Part shown: positions 48,441 to 58,000 of the stretch, piece by piece
Position numbering within the stretch: position 1 is the stretch's first letter
Layout: every line of letters starts with the position of its first letter
Virus record (IMG/VR): IMGVR_UViG_2864522212_000004
Coordinates: 32,001-96,000 of that record
Origin: a virus
Lineage: Duplodnaviria > Caudoviricetes
Length of the DNA stretch: 64,000 nt
Direction: 5' to 3' (one strand)
The notes under the pieces: model-generated
Told to the model about the DNA's origin: nothing
The model's input: the letters and a program-made list of their open reading frames with translations, nothing else
Database searches by the model: none
Made by a program: the position numbers and the translations under genes

Positions 48441-48464
48441 TGTTATACTGAATATGTTCACATA
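48441..48464 (+). promoter_or_regulatory. Conserved promoter/operator motif copy 8 (upstream of ssb)
   Basis: TGTTATACTGAATATGTTCACATA. Confidence 0.8.
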
Positions 48465-48491
48465 GAAAAAAAATAAGGAGACCAGGAACCC

Positions 48492-49082
48492 ATGGCAGGA
48501 GAGCCGACACTCACACTCGCAGGCAATATCACAGCAAACCCCGAGCAGAGGGGAGATACGGTCACTTTCACCATCGCGCACAATACGCGTCGACGTGACC
48601 GTAACGGGCAGACCGTGGATGGGGATGCCGTATTCATGCGATGCGCAGCATTCGGAGACCTCGCCCAGAACATCATGCGCTCCTGCTATAAGGGCATGCG
48701 CGTGGTAGCCACCGGTTACATGAAAACCAACAATTGGACGGACAAGACCACCGGCCAACAGCGTAGCAATCTTGAAATGATCGTCACCGATTTGGGTGTC
48801 AGCCTCCGGTTCGGCGTCACGCAATTTCAGAAGACCAGCGGCCAACAGTCCAACGGCAACGGCTACCGGCAGAACAATTACGGCGGCGGATACCAGCAGC
48901 CGAACAACGGCTATCAGCAAGGCGCATACAACAACTACCAGCAGCAGGGTTACAGCCAACAGGCTCCCGCACAGACACCGGCGCAACCTGCAGCACCCTC
49001 ACAGCCCGCAATGGATCCGTGGGCTACGACCACGCCAGCCAGCACGGATCCGAACGGCGACGGCACCGACCCGGAATTCTAA
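48492..49082 (+). CDS. ssb: Single-stranded DNA-binding protein
   Basis: GNITANPE...FMRC..F..LA.N....KGMRVV..G; G/Q-rich linker; DPEF tail. Confidence 0.95.
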   Translation: MAGEPTLTLAGNITANPEQRGDTVTFTIAHNTRRRDRNGQTVDGDAVFMRCAAFGDLAQNIMRSCYKGMRVVATGYMKTNNWTDKTTGQQRSNLEMIVTDLGVSLRFGVTQFQKTSGQQSNGNGYRQNNYGGGYQQPNNGYQQGAYNNYQQQGYSQQAPAQTPAQPAAPSQPAMDPWATTTPASTDPNGDGTDPEF

Positions 49083-49094
49083 ACGGTTCCGACA

Positions 49095-50225
49095 TTGATC
49101 AACCTGGAAGATCTGGGCGACAACCTCCGCCTATACAAGGGGGATTGTCGCCGGCTCATCGCCTCCTTACCGGACAACAGCGTGGATTCCGTCGTTACCG
49201 ACCCGCCGTATGAGATCGGTTTCATGAACCGCAGCTTCGATTCCACAGGCATCGCGTTCGACGTGGACCTGTGGAAGGATATCCTGCGCGTCCTGAAGCC
49301 GGGCGGGCATGTGGCGGCGTTCGCGGCCAGCCGCACCTATCATCGGCTGGCATGCGCCATCGAGGATGCGGGCTTCGAAATCCGCGACCAGATCGACTGG
49401 GTGTACGCGTCCGGCATGCCACACGGTTCGGATGCGACGCTCATGATCGACCGGGAACGCCGCGAGGATGTGGAGCCGACGCGATCCGAGACGGCGAAAC
49501 CGTTCAAAGGCTGGTACAGCCAGCTGAAGCCCGCGCACGAACCCATCTGTCTGGCCCGCAAGCCGTTGGACGGGAATCTCGCCCACAATCTGCTCGGACA
49601 TGGGACAGGCGCACTGCATATCGACGCATGCCGCGTCCCATTCCGCAACACGGCGGACGAGGCGGAGTCGAAGGGCAAGAACCAGCATGGACGGTTCGGC
49701 TCCGGGCCGAGAGACAACCATGTATATGGTGCGGACAAAGCGAATCGCACCGACTACACGGCTGCCGCCCGTTTCACGCCGAACATGCTGTTCGACCAGT
49801 CCACGGCCAAGGAACTCGACCGACAGTCCGGCGTCACCGTCAGTCGAAAAGGCAAACCACGCGCAAGCACGAAACCCGGTGACGGCTGGGGCATGACCCA
49901 TACCGGTGCCGAATATGACGATATGGGCGGCGCGAGTCGATTCTACCCGGTTTTCAGGTATTGTCCGAAAGCCTCATCGGCTGAGCGGCCGAAAGTCGAC
50001 GGCATCCTCCATCCGACAGTCAAACCGGTCGAACTCATGCGCTGGCTTGTCCGTCTCGTCACCCCGGCGGATGGTCTCGTGCTGGAGCCGTTCGCCGGCA
50101 GCGGCACCACATTGGAAGCATGCCTACTCGAACACATGCAATGCACGGCAAGCGAACTCGATCCCGACTACATCAAGCTGATCCACGCACGACTCAGCAA
50201 ACCAATACAAAACGAACTTTTCTAG
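49095..50225 (+). CDS. Orphan N6A/N4C DNA methyltransferase (beta class)
   Basis: VTDPPY motif IV, HPTVKP, EPFAGSGTT motif I. Confidence 0.93.
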   Translation: MINLEDLGDNLRLYKGDCRRLIASLPDNSVDSVVTDPPYEIGFMNRSFDSTGIAFDVDLWKDILRVLKPGGHVAAFAASRTYHRLACAIEDAGFEIRDQIDWVYASGMPHGSDATLMIDRERREDVEPTRSETAKPFKGWYSQLKPAHEPICLARKPLDGNLAHNLLGHGTGALHIDACRVPFRNTADEAESKGKNQHGRFGSGPRDNHVYGADKANRTDYTAAARFTPNMLFDQSTAKELDRQSGVTVSRKGKPRASTKPGDGWGMTHTGAEYDDMGGASRFYPVFRYCPKASSAERPKVDGILHPTVKPVELMRWLVRLVTPADGLVLEPFAGSGTTLEACLLEHMQCTASELDPDYIKLIHARLSKPIQNELF

Positions 50226-50231
50226 AAAGAA

Positions 50232-50267
50232 GTCAACTACCTCATCCGTAAGGGCGAGGTAGTTGAC
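50232..50267. repeat. Palindromic double IS605-type right end
   Basis: GTCAACTACCTC-12 nt-GAGGTAGTTGAC. Confidence 0.65.
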
Positions 50268-50318
50268 GCATATAGGGAAAACGCAGTGCAAAAAACAAGC
50301 ATTGCCCTAAATCGTCTT

Positions 50319-50346
50319 TTAGCCGATAATGTAGATTATGTCAGAT
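50319..50346 (+). other. dif-like XerCD recombination site
   Basis: TTAGCCGATAA-TGTAGA-TTATGTCAGAT (11-6-11). Confidence 0.75.
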
Positions 50347-50550
50347 AAGAATCACTCTCAATAAGAAGTCCGCTCTCCCAGCTAGAAAGAACCCATGAAC
50401 GCAAACCAATGGAAACGAGCCCTATTCAGCCACTCCGAGGGAGAAAATACAAGGACAAGCGCCAGCACAGAATATCCTCAGCAGTACAATGCGCGGCAGC
50501 GGAAAACGAATTGGCGGAATCGAGGCCATCAAAGTGGGCATGGACGAAAG

Positions 50551-50868
50551 TCATCGTTCTGATTGGACAGTGTCGCCGACCGTATTATCAATGAGGACCG
50601 TCAGTCCGCTTTCGTCGAATTTGTCGTAGTTTTCAATGTCGTAATTCATCTGCAATTCCAGCCAGTATTCCGGTGATGTGCCCAACACGTAGGCGAGCTG
50701 GTATGCGAGGCTTGTGGTGATGCGTCTTTTCCCGCGTATTATTCCACTGATGGTGGTTTGTGGCAGGTTCATGGCTTTCGCCAGACGGTACATGGTGATG
50801 TTGTTTGGTTGCAGGTATTGGTGTAGCAGCACGTCGCCCGGGAGTGGCGCATGGCCCACATCGTTCAT
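50551..50868 (-). CDS. higA: Orphan HigA/VapI antitoxin
   Basis: PGDVL...YL.P...LAKAM...I.GKR.IT...A..L....GTSPEYWL.LQ..YD; no adjacent toxin. Confidence 0.88.
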   Translation of the reverse strand: MNDVGHAPLPGDVLLHQYLQPNNITMYRLAKAMNLPQTTISGIIRGKRRITTSLAYQLAYVLGTSPEYWLELQMNYDIENYDKFDESGLTVLIDNTVGDTVQSER

Positions 50869-50953
50869 AGCCAGACCCTTTCACGCAATTCACTGACTTT
50901 TTTCTGATAGTAACAAAAGAAGCTACCGTTTTGCTTCGGTATGTGGGAATACG

Positions 50954-50998
50954 GTTTTGCCCGCCTCTCCCCTGTTTCGGGTCGAAGGCGGGCAAAAC
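50954..50998 (-). terminator. Terminator
   Basis: GTTTTGCCCGCCT...AGGCGGGCAAAAC. Confidence 0.7.
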
Positions 50999-51017
50999 AC
51001 GTTTGGTGCGGTGAGAA

Positions 51018-53966
51018 TCAGTCCTCGACTGCATGCCATCCATCGGCATGCTTGGCGGAACGTACACGCACGAGCACGCAGCCAGCACCGGCGATGGTCA
51101 TGATCGCCGCCAGCGTGGCGATTGCGGTGGTGTCCGATCCGGTGGAGGCCAGACCATTGTTCGTCACACCTGCAGCCTGCTTCTTGGCCTGTTCGGCCTT
51201 CTGCTTCTTGGCTTCGGCATCCTTCTTGGCTTGGTCGGCCTTCTTCTGGGCTTCCTGCTGCTTCTTGGCTTCCTCCTCGGCCTTCTTCTGGGCTTCGGCT
51301 TCGGCCTGCTTGGCGGCGGCGAGCTCCTTGTCGGACGCCTGCTTGTCGGCGAGCTTGGCATCATAGTCGGCCTTGGCTTTCTCGTATGCCTTGTCGGCCT
51401 CATCCTTGGCCTTGTTCGCCTCGTCGAGCTTCGCCTGGGCGTCGGCCAGCTTCGCGTTCGCCTTCTTGAGGTTCTCCTCGGCGTTCTGCAGACGCTTGAT
51501 GGTGTTCTGGGCGTCGTTGAGCTTGCCGGTGGCCGTGTTGAGGTCGTCCTTCGCCTTCGCGTATGCGGCCTTGGCGTCGGCGATGGCCTCGTCGGCGGCC
51601 TTGACCTGCTTGGCGGCGGCTTCAACCTTCGCGTCGGAAACGGTCTTGGCGTCGAGCGCGGCCTGCTTGGCCTTCTCGGCCTCGGCCTTGGCTGCCTTGG
51701 CGGCGGCCAGGTCGGCTGCGGCCTTCGTCTTGTCCGTGTTCGCCTGCTTGATCGCGGCTTCCGCATCCGTCTTGTTCTTGGCGGCGGTCTGGGTCAGCTT
51801 GTCGGCGGTATCGATCTTCGCCTGTGCGGCGGCGACTGCCGTGTTCGCCTTGTCCACTGCCGTCTGGGCTGCGGTCTGGGCGTCGGTGGCGGCGTCGGCT
51901 TCGGACCGGGCTTCCTTGGTGGCCTGCTGGGCGGCGGAGTACGCTTCGTTCTTCGCCGTCTGATCCTTCTTGGCTTCCTCCAACGCCTTGGCCTTGTCCT
52001 CGTTCGCCTTCACGGCCTCGTCATACGCTTTCTGCGCCTCGTCGGCGGCGGCCTGCAAATCCTTGGCCTTCTGCGCGGCCTGCTGGGCTTCCTCGGCGGC
52101 CTTCCGTGCGGACTGCTGGGCGGCGGCCAGCGCCTTGGCCGCATCGGAAGCGTCCTGTGCGGCCTGCTTGCTCTTGGACAATGCGGTCTGGTATGCGGCG
52201 TCGGCTCCGGTCAGGGAATCACGGTAGGCAGTCAAATCAGTCAGGTATGCGTCAACGTCCATGATGCGGCCCGCGTCGGAGCCGATTCCGTTAGCGTTTT
52301 CGGTGAACAGCTGACTATGGGTGTTCCCGCCGATACCCGTGATGTTGCCGTTCTGGCTGACGCCGAAACCGGTGAGGGTCAAATCGGGGTTGACCAGCGT
52401 GGTGTAATGGCCATAAGCGCAGGGTTTGACGGGCTTGCCGTCCGAGGCCTTGCAATCCAGGACACCGTCGGACATGTCCTTCTCATACATGGACTTCTCC
52501 GTGTCGTACCAGCCCTTAAAGGGATCAGTGTAACCCCAGGCGAGGTTTTCGCTGGCGGGGAATTGAAGTGGATGGTTCACGTTGTTGTTGGCATAATCCG
52601 CATCCGCCATGGCCTGTGCCATCAGGGTGTCACTGACCTTGAGGGGTTGCAGGCCTTCCTTCGCGCGAAGCTGATTGGCTTCCTGGATGAACTTCAGGGC
52701 CTCGATCATGTTGTCCAACGTGGTCGCATCACCCTTGGCACCATTATGAATGGCGTCAAGATACTCGGTGACGGTCGGATCGGTGAGAACCTTGACTGCC
52801 TGAGAGGCACCCTTGTCGCCGAAGTAGGCCACTGCGCCCTGAGACAGCTTGTCCTGAGCCTCGTCTGCCGCTTCCTTCTTGGCGTCGGCCTCGCTCTTGG
52901 CATCGGCGGCGGCCTGCTGCTTCGCCTCGGCGTTGGAAGAGGAGTCGGACACCGCCTTGTCGGCATCCTTCTGCGCCTGTTCCGCCTTCTGCTGGGCGGT
53001 GGCGGCGTCGGCTGCGGCCTTCTTCGCCGCTTTGAGCTTCGCGGCCAGGTCGGAAAGACCTCCATCGTCCTTGGACAATTGCTCGACCTTGGCGTCGGCC
53101 TTCTGCTTGGCTTCAAGCGCCTTGGCCTCGGCCTGCCTGGCCGCATCCAGCTTGGCCTGCGCGGCGTTCACCGCCTCGTCGGCCTTCGTCTTGTCGCCGG
53201 TCGCCGAAGCCTGCTGCCTCCTGGCTTCCGTCAGCTCCTTCTCGGCGGCGGCCTTGTCGGCCGCGGCCTGCTTCGCGTCCGCGTCGGCCCGGTCGGCCTT
53301 CTTCTGCGCATCACTGATGGCGGTATCCGCCGCATCGGCCTTCTTCTGCGCGTCCGTGGCCTGCCTGTCGGCCGCATCGATATCGGTCTGGGCCTTGTCG
53401 GCGTCCTGCTGATGGGAGGCGGATTCGGCCGTGGCCTCATCCTTCGCGGTCTGTGCGGCCTGCTTGTCGGCTTCGCCCTTCGACTGGTTGCTGGAGGCCT
53501 GCTGCATGGCCTTGTTGGCGTCGTTGATGGCGTTGGACGCGTCGTTCGCGGCCTGCTGCGCGGCCGCGATCTTGTCGGCCGTGCCGGTCGCATCCTGTGC
53601 GGCCTGCTGCTGGGCCTTGTTGGCGTCGTCGTAGTTCGCCTGCGCCTGCTGCTGGTTGTTTGCGGCTGTCTGCTGCTGGGCGGCGGCGGCGTCGAGGTTC
53701 TGCTTGGCGGTGTCCAGTGCGGCTGCGGCGGCGTCGGCCTTGGCCTGTGCTTCGGTCACGCCGGTCGGGGATGCCTGTGCGATGGCCTGGTTGGCTTCGG
53801 TGGTGCTCTGCTGTGCCTGCTGGATGCTGTCTTGGGCCTGTGTGATTGCCTGATTGGTTTGGTCGCCGGTGGTTGTGGTTTCGTCGGCCATTGCGACTGC
53901 CGGAGCGGCAAGGGTTGCCATCACGGCGGTGGTTGCCGCTGTGATCTTGGTGATGCCGTGTGTCAT
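51018..53966 (-). CDS. Cell-wall-anchored coiled-coil protein with central CAP/SCP domain (LASTG)
   Basis: NQLRAKEGLQPL...ENLAWG...GWY..EK...GHY; Ala/Gln/Lys coils; GLASTG + TM. Confidence 0.88.
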   Translation of the reverse strand: MTHGITKITAATTAVMATLAAPAVAMADETTTTGDQTNQAITQAQDSIQQAQQSTTEANQAIAQASPTGVTEAQAKADAAAAALDTAKQNLDAAAAQQQTAANNQQQAQANYDDANKAQQQAAQDATGTADKIAAAQQAANDASNAINDANKAMQQASSNQSKGEADKQAAQTAKDEATAESASHQQDADKAQTDIDAADRQATDAQKKADAADTAISDAQKKADRADADAKQAAADKAAAEKELTEARRQQASATGDKTKADEAVNAAQAKLDAARQAEAKALEAKQKADAKVEQLSKDDGGLSDLAAKLKAAKKAAADAATAQQKAEQAQKDADKAVSDSSSNAEAKQQAAADAKSEADAKKEAADEAQDKLSQGAVAYFGDKGASQAVKVLTDPTVTEYLDAIHNGAKGDATTLDNMIEALKFIQEANQLRAKEGLQPLKVSDTLMAQAMADADYANNNVNHPLQFPASENLAWGYTDPFKGWYDTEKSMYEKDMSDGVLDCKASDGKPVKPCAYGHYTTLVNPDLTLTGFGVSQNGNITGIGGNTHSQLFTENANGIGSDAGRIMDVDAYLTDLTAYRDSLTGADAAYQTALSKSKQAAQDASDAAKALAAAQQSARKAAEEAQQAAQKAKDLQAAADEAQKAYDEAVKANEDKAKALEEAKKDQTAKNEAYSAAQQATKEARSEADAATDAQTAAQTAVDKANTAVAAAQAKIDTADKLTQTAAKNKTDAEAAIKQANTDKTKAAADLAAAKAAKAEAEKAKQAALDAKTVSDAKVEAAAKQVKAADEAIADAKAAYAKAKDDLNTATGKLNDAQNTIKRLQNAEENLKKANAKLADAQAKLDEANKAKDEADKAYEKAKADYDAKLADKQASDKELAAAKQAEAEAQKKAEEEAKKQQEAQKKADQAKKDAEAKKQKAEQAKKQAAGVTNNGLASTGSDTTAIATLAAIMTIAGAGCVLVRVRSAKHADGWHAVED

Positions 53967-54072
53967 GGGGAGTTTCTTCTTTCTCGTGTATGTGTCTTCC
54001 TTTTCGGGTTTACCCCGATGTCGGGAGATTATGTGTTTTTGTTTCACAAACATATAGTAACACCTTTTTTTA

Positions 54073-55050
54073 CTAACGCAAATTGTCACTATCATGTGTC
54101 TGTGGCAAACCTATATGATGACCCACGGCACGCCGACTGCGACAAAGCGAAAATCCGACAGCCAATATCCCCGTCACGGTGACGCCCGAAACAAAAGCCG
54201 CCTTTTTTACGTCCCCCGTGGCATCTCCGGGCAAGGGGGCCTGATCGGGCATGCTGTTGCGCTCCCCCGTGACAAGCAGTCGCAGCGTATTGCCCTGCCC
54301 CGTACAGGTGAGGAGCGTGACCTCGTCCTTCCCCTTATGGACACGCAACGATTTCGTGTCGGTAGGAGAGACGATGCGTTTGCTGGTGACTCGATAGGCG
54401 AGCGTGTTACCCATGACCTTGATATAGAACGGGTCGCCGTCTTCGAGTTCACCGAGCCGGGTGAACAGGGTCGCGCCTTTCAGATTCGAATGACCGGTGA
54501 TTACGGCGCGCGTATTCTTGCCACCGATAGGCAGACTGGTGCCCGCCAGATGGCCGGCCGCATGTTCGAGCACATCTTGACCAGCTCCGTGGAGGATGGG
54601 CATGTCGACGCTGATCTTCGGAATCAGAATCTCACCCATGGCATCCAACCCATTCACGGACAGTTGACGCCGGTATTCGGCATCGCCCTCGAAATTGCCC
54701 TCGGTCTTCCCATCGAACACAGGTTCTCCTATCTGTGGCTGACCGCCTTCATAAAGACGCTGATTATATGCGATGGCAGATTGGATGACGCTTTGACGGG
54801 AGGATTCCGGAAACAGCGCGGCCGTCTGGCTGACGGATCGCGCCTGCTCGTCAACGGCGCGGTCGCCGAGCGTCTGCTGGATGCGGGGCATGGCGACAAG
54901 CACCATGCCCGCGATCAGGCAGATGACTGCGGCGACCGCGTAGATCCGGGAATGGCGGACGAGCCGGCGGGCGCGATTGTCGCGCGCCCGCTTGTCGCGG
55001 ACCGCATCCGCAACGCTCTCCCACACGTCGGTTTCGGCCGCTGCCGTCAC
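54073..55050 (-). CDS. srtC: Class C (pilus) sortase
   Basis: IPKI, GHLAGTSLPIGG, TGH, VTLLTC...RLLV.G.R. Confidence 0.93.
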   Translation of the reverse strand: MTAAAETDVWESVADAVRDKRARDNRARRLVRHSRIYAVAAVICLIAGMVLVAMPRIQQTLGDRAVDEQARSVSQTAALFPESSRQSVIQSAIAYNQRLYEGGQPQIGEPVFDGKTEGNFEGDAEYRRQLSVNGLDAMGEILIPKISVDMPILHGAGQDVLEHAAGHLAGTSLPIGGKNTRAVITGHSNLKGATLFTRLGELEDGDPFYIKVMGNTLAYRVTSKRIVSPTDTKSLRVHKGKDEVTLLTCTGQGNTLRLLVTGERNSMPDQAPLPGDATGDVKKAAFVSGVTVTGILAVGFSLCRSRRAVGHHIGLPQTHDSDNLR

Positions 55051-58000
55051 TTCGCGTGCTTTCCGCCGGTGATCGGCATGTGCTTACCGGTGCGCTTGGT
55101 TGCGGCCATGCGCATGCGTAGCATCGGCATCATCACGCCGAGCGCGATCAGCATGAGCGCGAATCCGGCGTACAGCCAGATGGTCGGCACCTGGGCCTGT
55201 CCGCCCGTGAACGGCAGGGTGGTCAGGCTCGGCTCCCACTGGGCGTACACGGTGGTGCTGCCTTCGGCGGGCAGTGTGACCTTGCCTTCGCCCGGCTGCA
55301 GGAAAGTGCTCCCTGCGGGCGGGTTCTTCTCCGTGCTCCATCCGACGAACCGGTAGCCGGGTCGGGTGATCTTCGGCTCCTTCGCGTCACCGGGGATGGT
55401 GACGGTGGAGAAGGCGTCGCCGGTCACGTCATCGACATGGCCGATGCCGCCGTTCGGGTTGAACTTCAGGCTGGCACCGTTGATTTTCCACTGCGCGTAG
55501 AGCACGGAGGTGTTCTTCGGCGTGGACTTGTCGTTGGCCGTCAGCACGTAGTCGGCTCCCGTGGCGTATGCCTTGCCCTTGCCGTCGGCCTGCGTGTTCC
55601 AGCCGGAGAATGTGTAACCAGGACGGTCGAACGGGTTCGTGATGGTCTTCACGGTCTGGTCGACAACACCGTCCACCGTCTTGGTTTCCGAGCCGACGGT
55701 TCCGATGTTGCTGTTGTACACCAGGTGTGCGGGGTCGGCCTTCCATTGGGCCCACACGGTGGTGGTTCTCGGTTCAAGCGTGTGTTTGTCGCCCGGTTGC
55801 AGGCTTGGGTCGCCGCGTTTGCTGGTGCTCCAGCCGGTGAACGTGTAGCCTGGACGGTCGAAGCTGTTCTGGCTGATGGTCACCGTGTCGCCGGTGTTGC
55901 CGGTGGTGTCGGGTGTGCTGCCTGTGGTGTTCGGCCAGTCGTTGCGGTACTGGATGGTTGCCGGGTTTGCCTTCCAGATGGCGTACAGGTCGTTGCCTGC
56001 TGGCTTCATCACGTACTGGCTGACGCCGTTCTTGCCTTCGCCGTATGCGGTGCCGGAACCGTCCTTGGCGGTGTCCCAACGAACGAACGTGTATCCGTCG
56101 CGGGTGAAACCATTGGCGTTTGTGGTCAGTTCGTCACCGGTCTTGCCGGATTGTGCCGCCGTGTTGCCTCCGGTTGCGCCGTTGCCGTGATAGGTGAGGG
56201 TTTGTGCGTTACCGGCCCAGCAGGCATATAGGGTGCTGGAACCACGCAACGTCCACTCGCTGTTAGGTTTCACTGCATTGCCCTTGCAGTCGGCCTGAGT
56301 GTTCCACGTGACGAACGTGTAGCCGTCGCGGGTGAATCCGTTGTCGCGCACGTTGATCTTCTCGTCGGTCTTGCCAGTCTGCGGGTCGGTCTTGCCGCCG
56401 GTCGCCCCGTTGCCGTCGTAGGTGAGGCTGGCCTGGCCGGGCGTCCACTGCGCGTACAGGGTGAGCGTGCCGTTGGCCGTCCAACTGGCGCCCGGCGCGT
56501 ACTTCGTGCCGCTCCCGTCCGGGCTGGTGGCCCAGCCGGCGAACGTGTACCCGTCGATCGTCCAGCCGTTCTGGCCGATGGTCGGCGTGTCTCCGGTGTG
56601 GCCATCCCAGTTGGGGGTGCCCTGGCCTCCCGTGGTCTTGCCCGCGGGCGGGTTCGGATTGTAGCGGATGTGGGCCTCGTTGGCCGACCATTGGGCGACC
56701 ATGGTGACGATCCCGTTCGGCTGCGTGGTCAGGTTCGTGACCCACTGGCCGTCGCCGTACGCCTGCTGGTTGTCGGCGCGCTTCCACCCGGTGAACGTGT
56801 ATCCGTCGCGGACGAACCCGTTCCGGTGCAGGTTCTGGCCGATGTTGTATTGGAACGCCTGGTCCGGGGTGCCGCCGCCGGTCGCCCCGTTGCCGGCGAA
56901 TCTGACTGTGTACCCGTTGCCGACCCAGTGCGCGTACACGGTCACGTTGCCGGTGAGCGGCGTGTTGAAATCGTATTTGTTTCCGCCGTTCGGGGCCGTG
57001 TACCAGCCGTCGAACCGGTAGCCGGGAATCTTGCCCGTGTCGCCGGCCGCCCAACCGGATTTGTCGGCGGCGGCCGTGTTGTAGGGCACGGTCTGCGATG
57101 CGGGCGTGCCGGGCGCGTTGCTGCCGGCGGGCGTGTTCACGTTGTACGACAGGGTGGGGTTGATGGCCCACAATGCGTATACGGTCTTCGCCCTGGCGGG
57201 CATGACGATTTCCGTCCTGACGTTCGCGTTCAGCGTGTTCCGGTCCATGGTGTCGCCGACGGGCACGTCCCTGTCGTTGGCGTCCGTGTTCGCGCTCCAA
57301 CCGTAGAACGTGCGGTTGGTCTTGCCGATCTGGCTGGAATCCCAGCAGTCGGAGTCGGCCTTCGCGGTCGCCAATGTGATCCTGGTGCCGGCCGGATAGT
57401 AGACCTGGCAGCCGGATACGGCGCCCGTGTCGGCGATCGTCTCCACGCGCACGGAACCGTCGGATCGGGTGATCGTCCGCTGGCTGGTCCCGTCATCCTG
57501 TCTGGCGGTCGTGTCGGTCAGCACCCTGCGGTCGTCCGCGATGGTTCCGGATTCCGGTTCGGCGCTCTTGTCGGCCGCAAGCCTGACCGTGCCGTCCGTC
57601 CCGGATGCGGCGGTTTCGGTCCTGCCCGTCTCGGTGCGCGAGGGCACTTGGCCGGTTCCGCCGTTCCCGTCGTAGCCGAGCCTGTAGGCCTTGGTGAAGC
57701 TCAGATCGTCGAGGATGTTGCCGTTGACGTTGTTGCTGGAGCTTACCGACTTGAAGATGAAGCGGGTGACCGTCCCGGTGGCGATGTACGTGCCGGTGTA
57801 GGTCTCCCACTGCCCGTCATGGTTACGGCTGGAATGGTTCGACTCGGCGTCGTTGCTCACCTTCGTGGAGATGACCTTGCCGACGTCGCCCGGCTGGTCG
57901 CCGTTGCCGTTGACGGTGGTTCGCCTCGCGTCCTGGGCGGATTCCTTGCCGGGTTCGCCGATCATGACGCTCATCCCGTCGAGGTGGTTCCTGTCGAGGC

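Noticed and set aside
1148-48464. 24-bp repeats as CRISPR repeats or iterons
   Set aside because: Dispersed, in both orientations, with no regular spacers; position fits promoters.
1-50000. Prophage
   Set aside because: Phage-like small genes are present, but no capsid, terminase, portal, tail or integrase genes were recognised.
51033-54182. 1049-aa plus-strand ORF (and 56598..59456, 62058..63911, 46088..48298, 10752..12677)
   Set aside because: Antisense shadows of real high-GC genes with no motifs.
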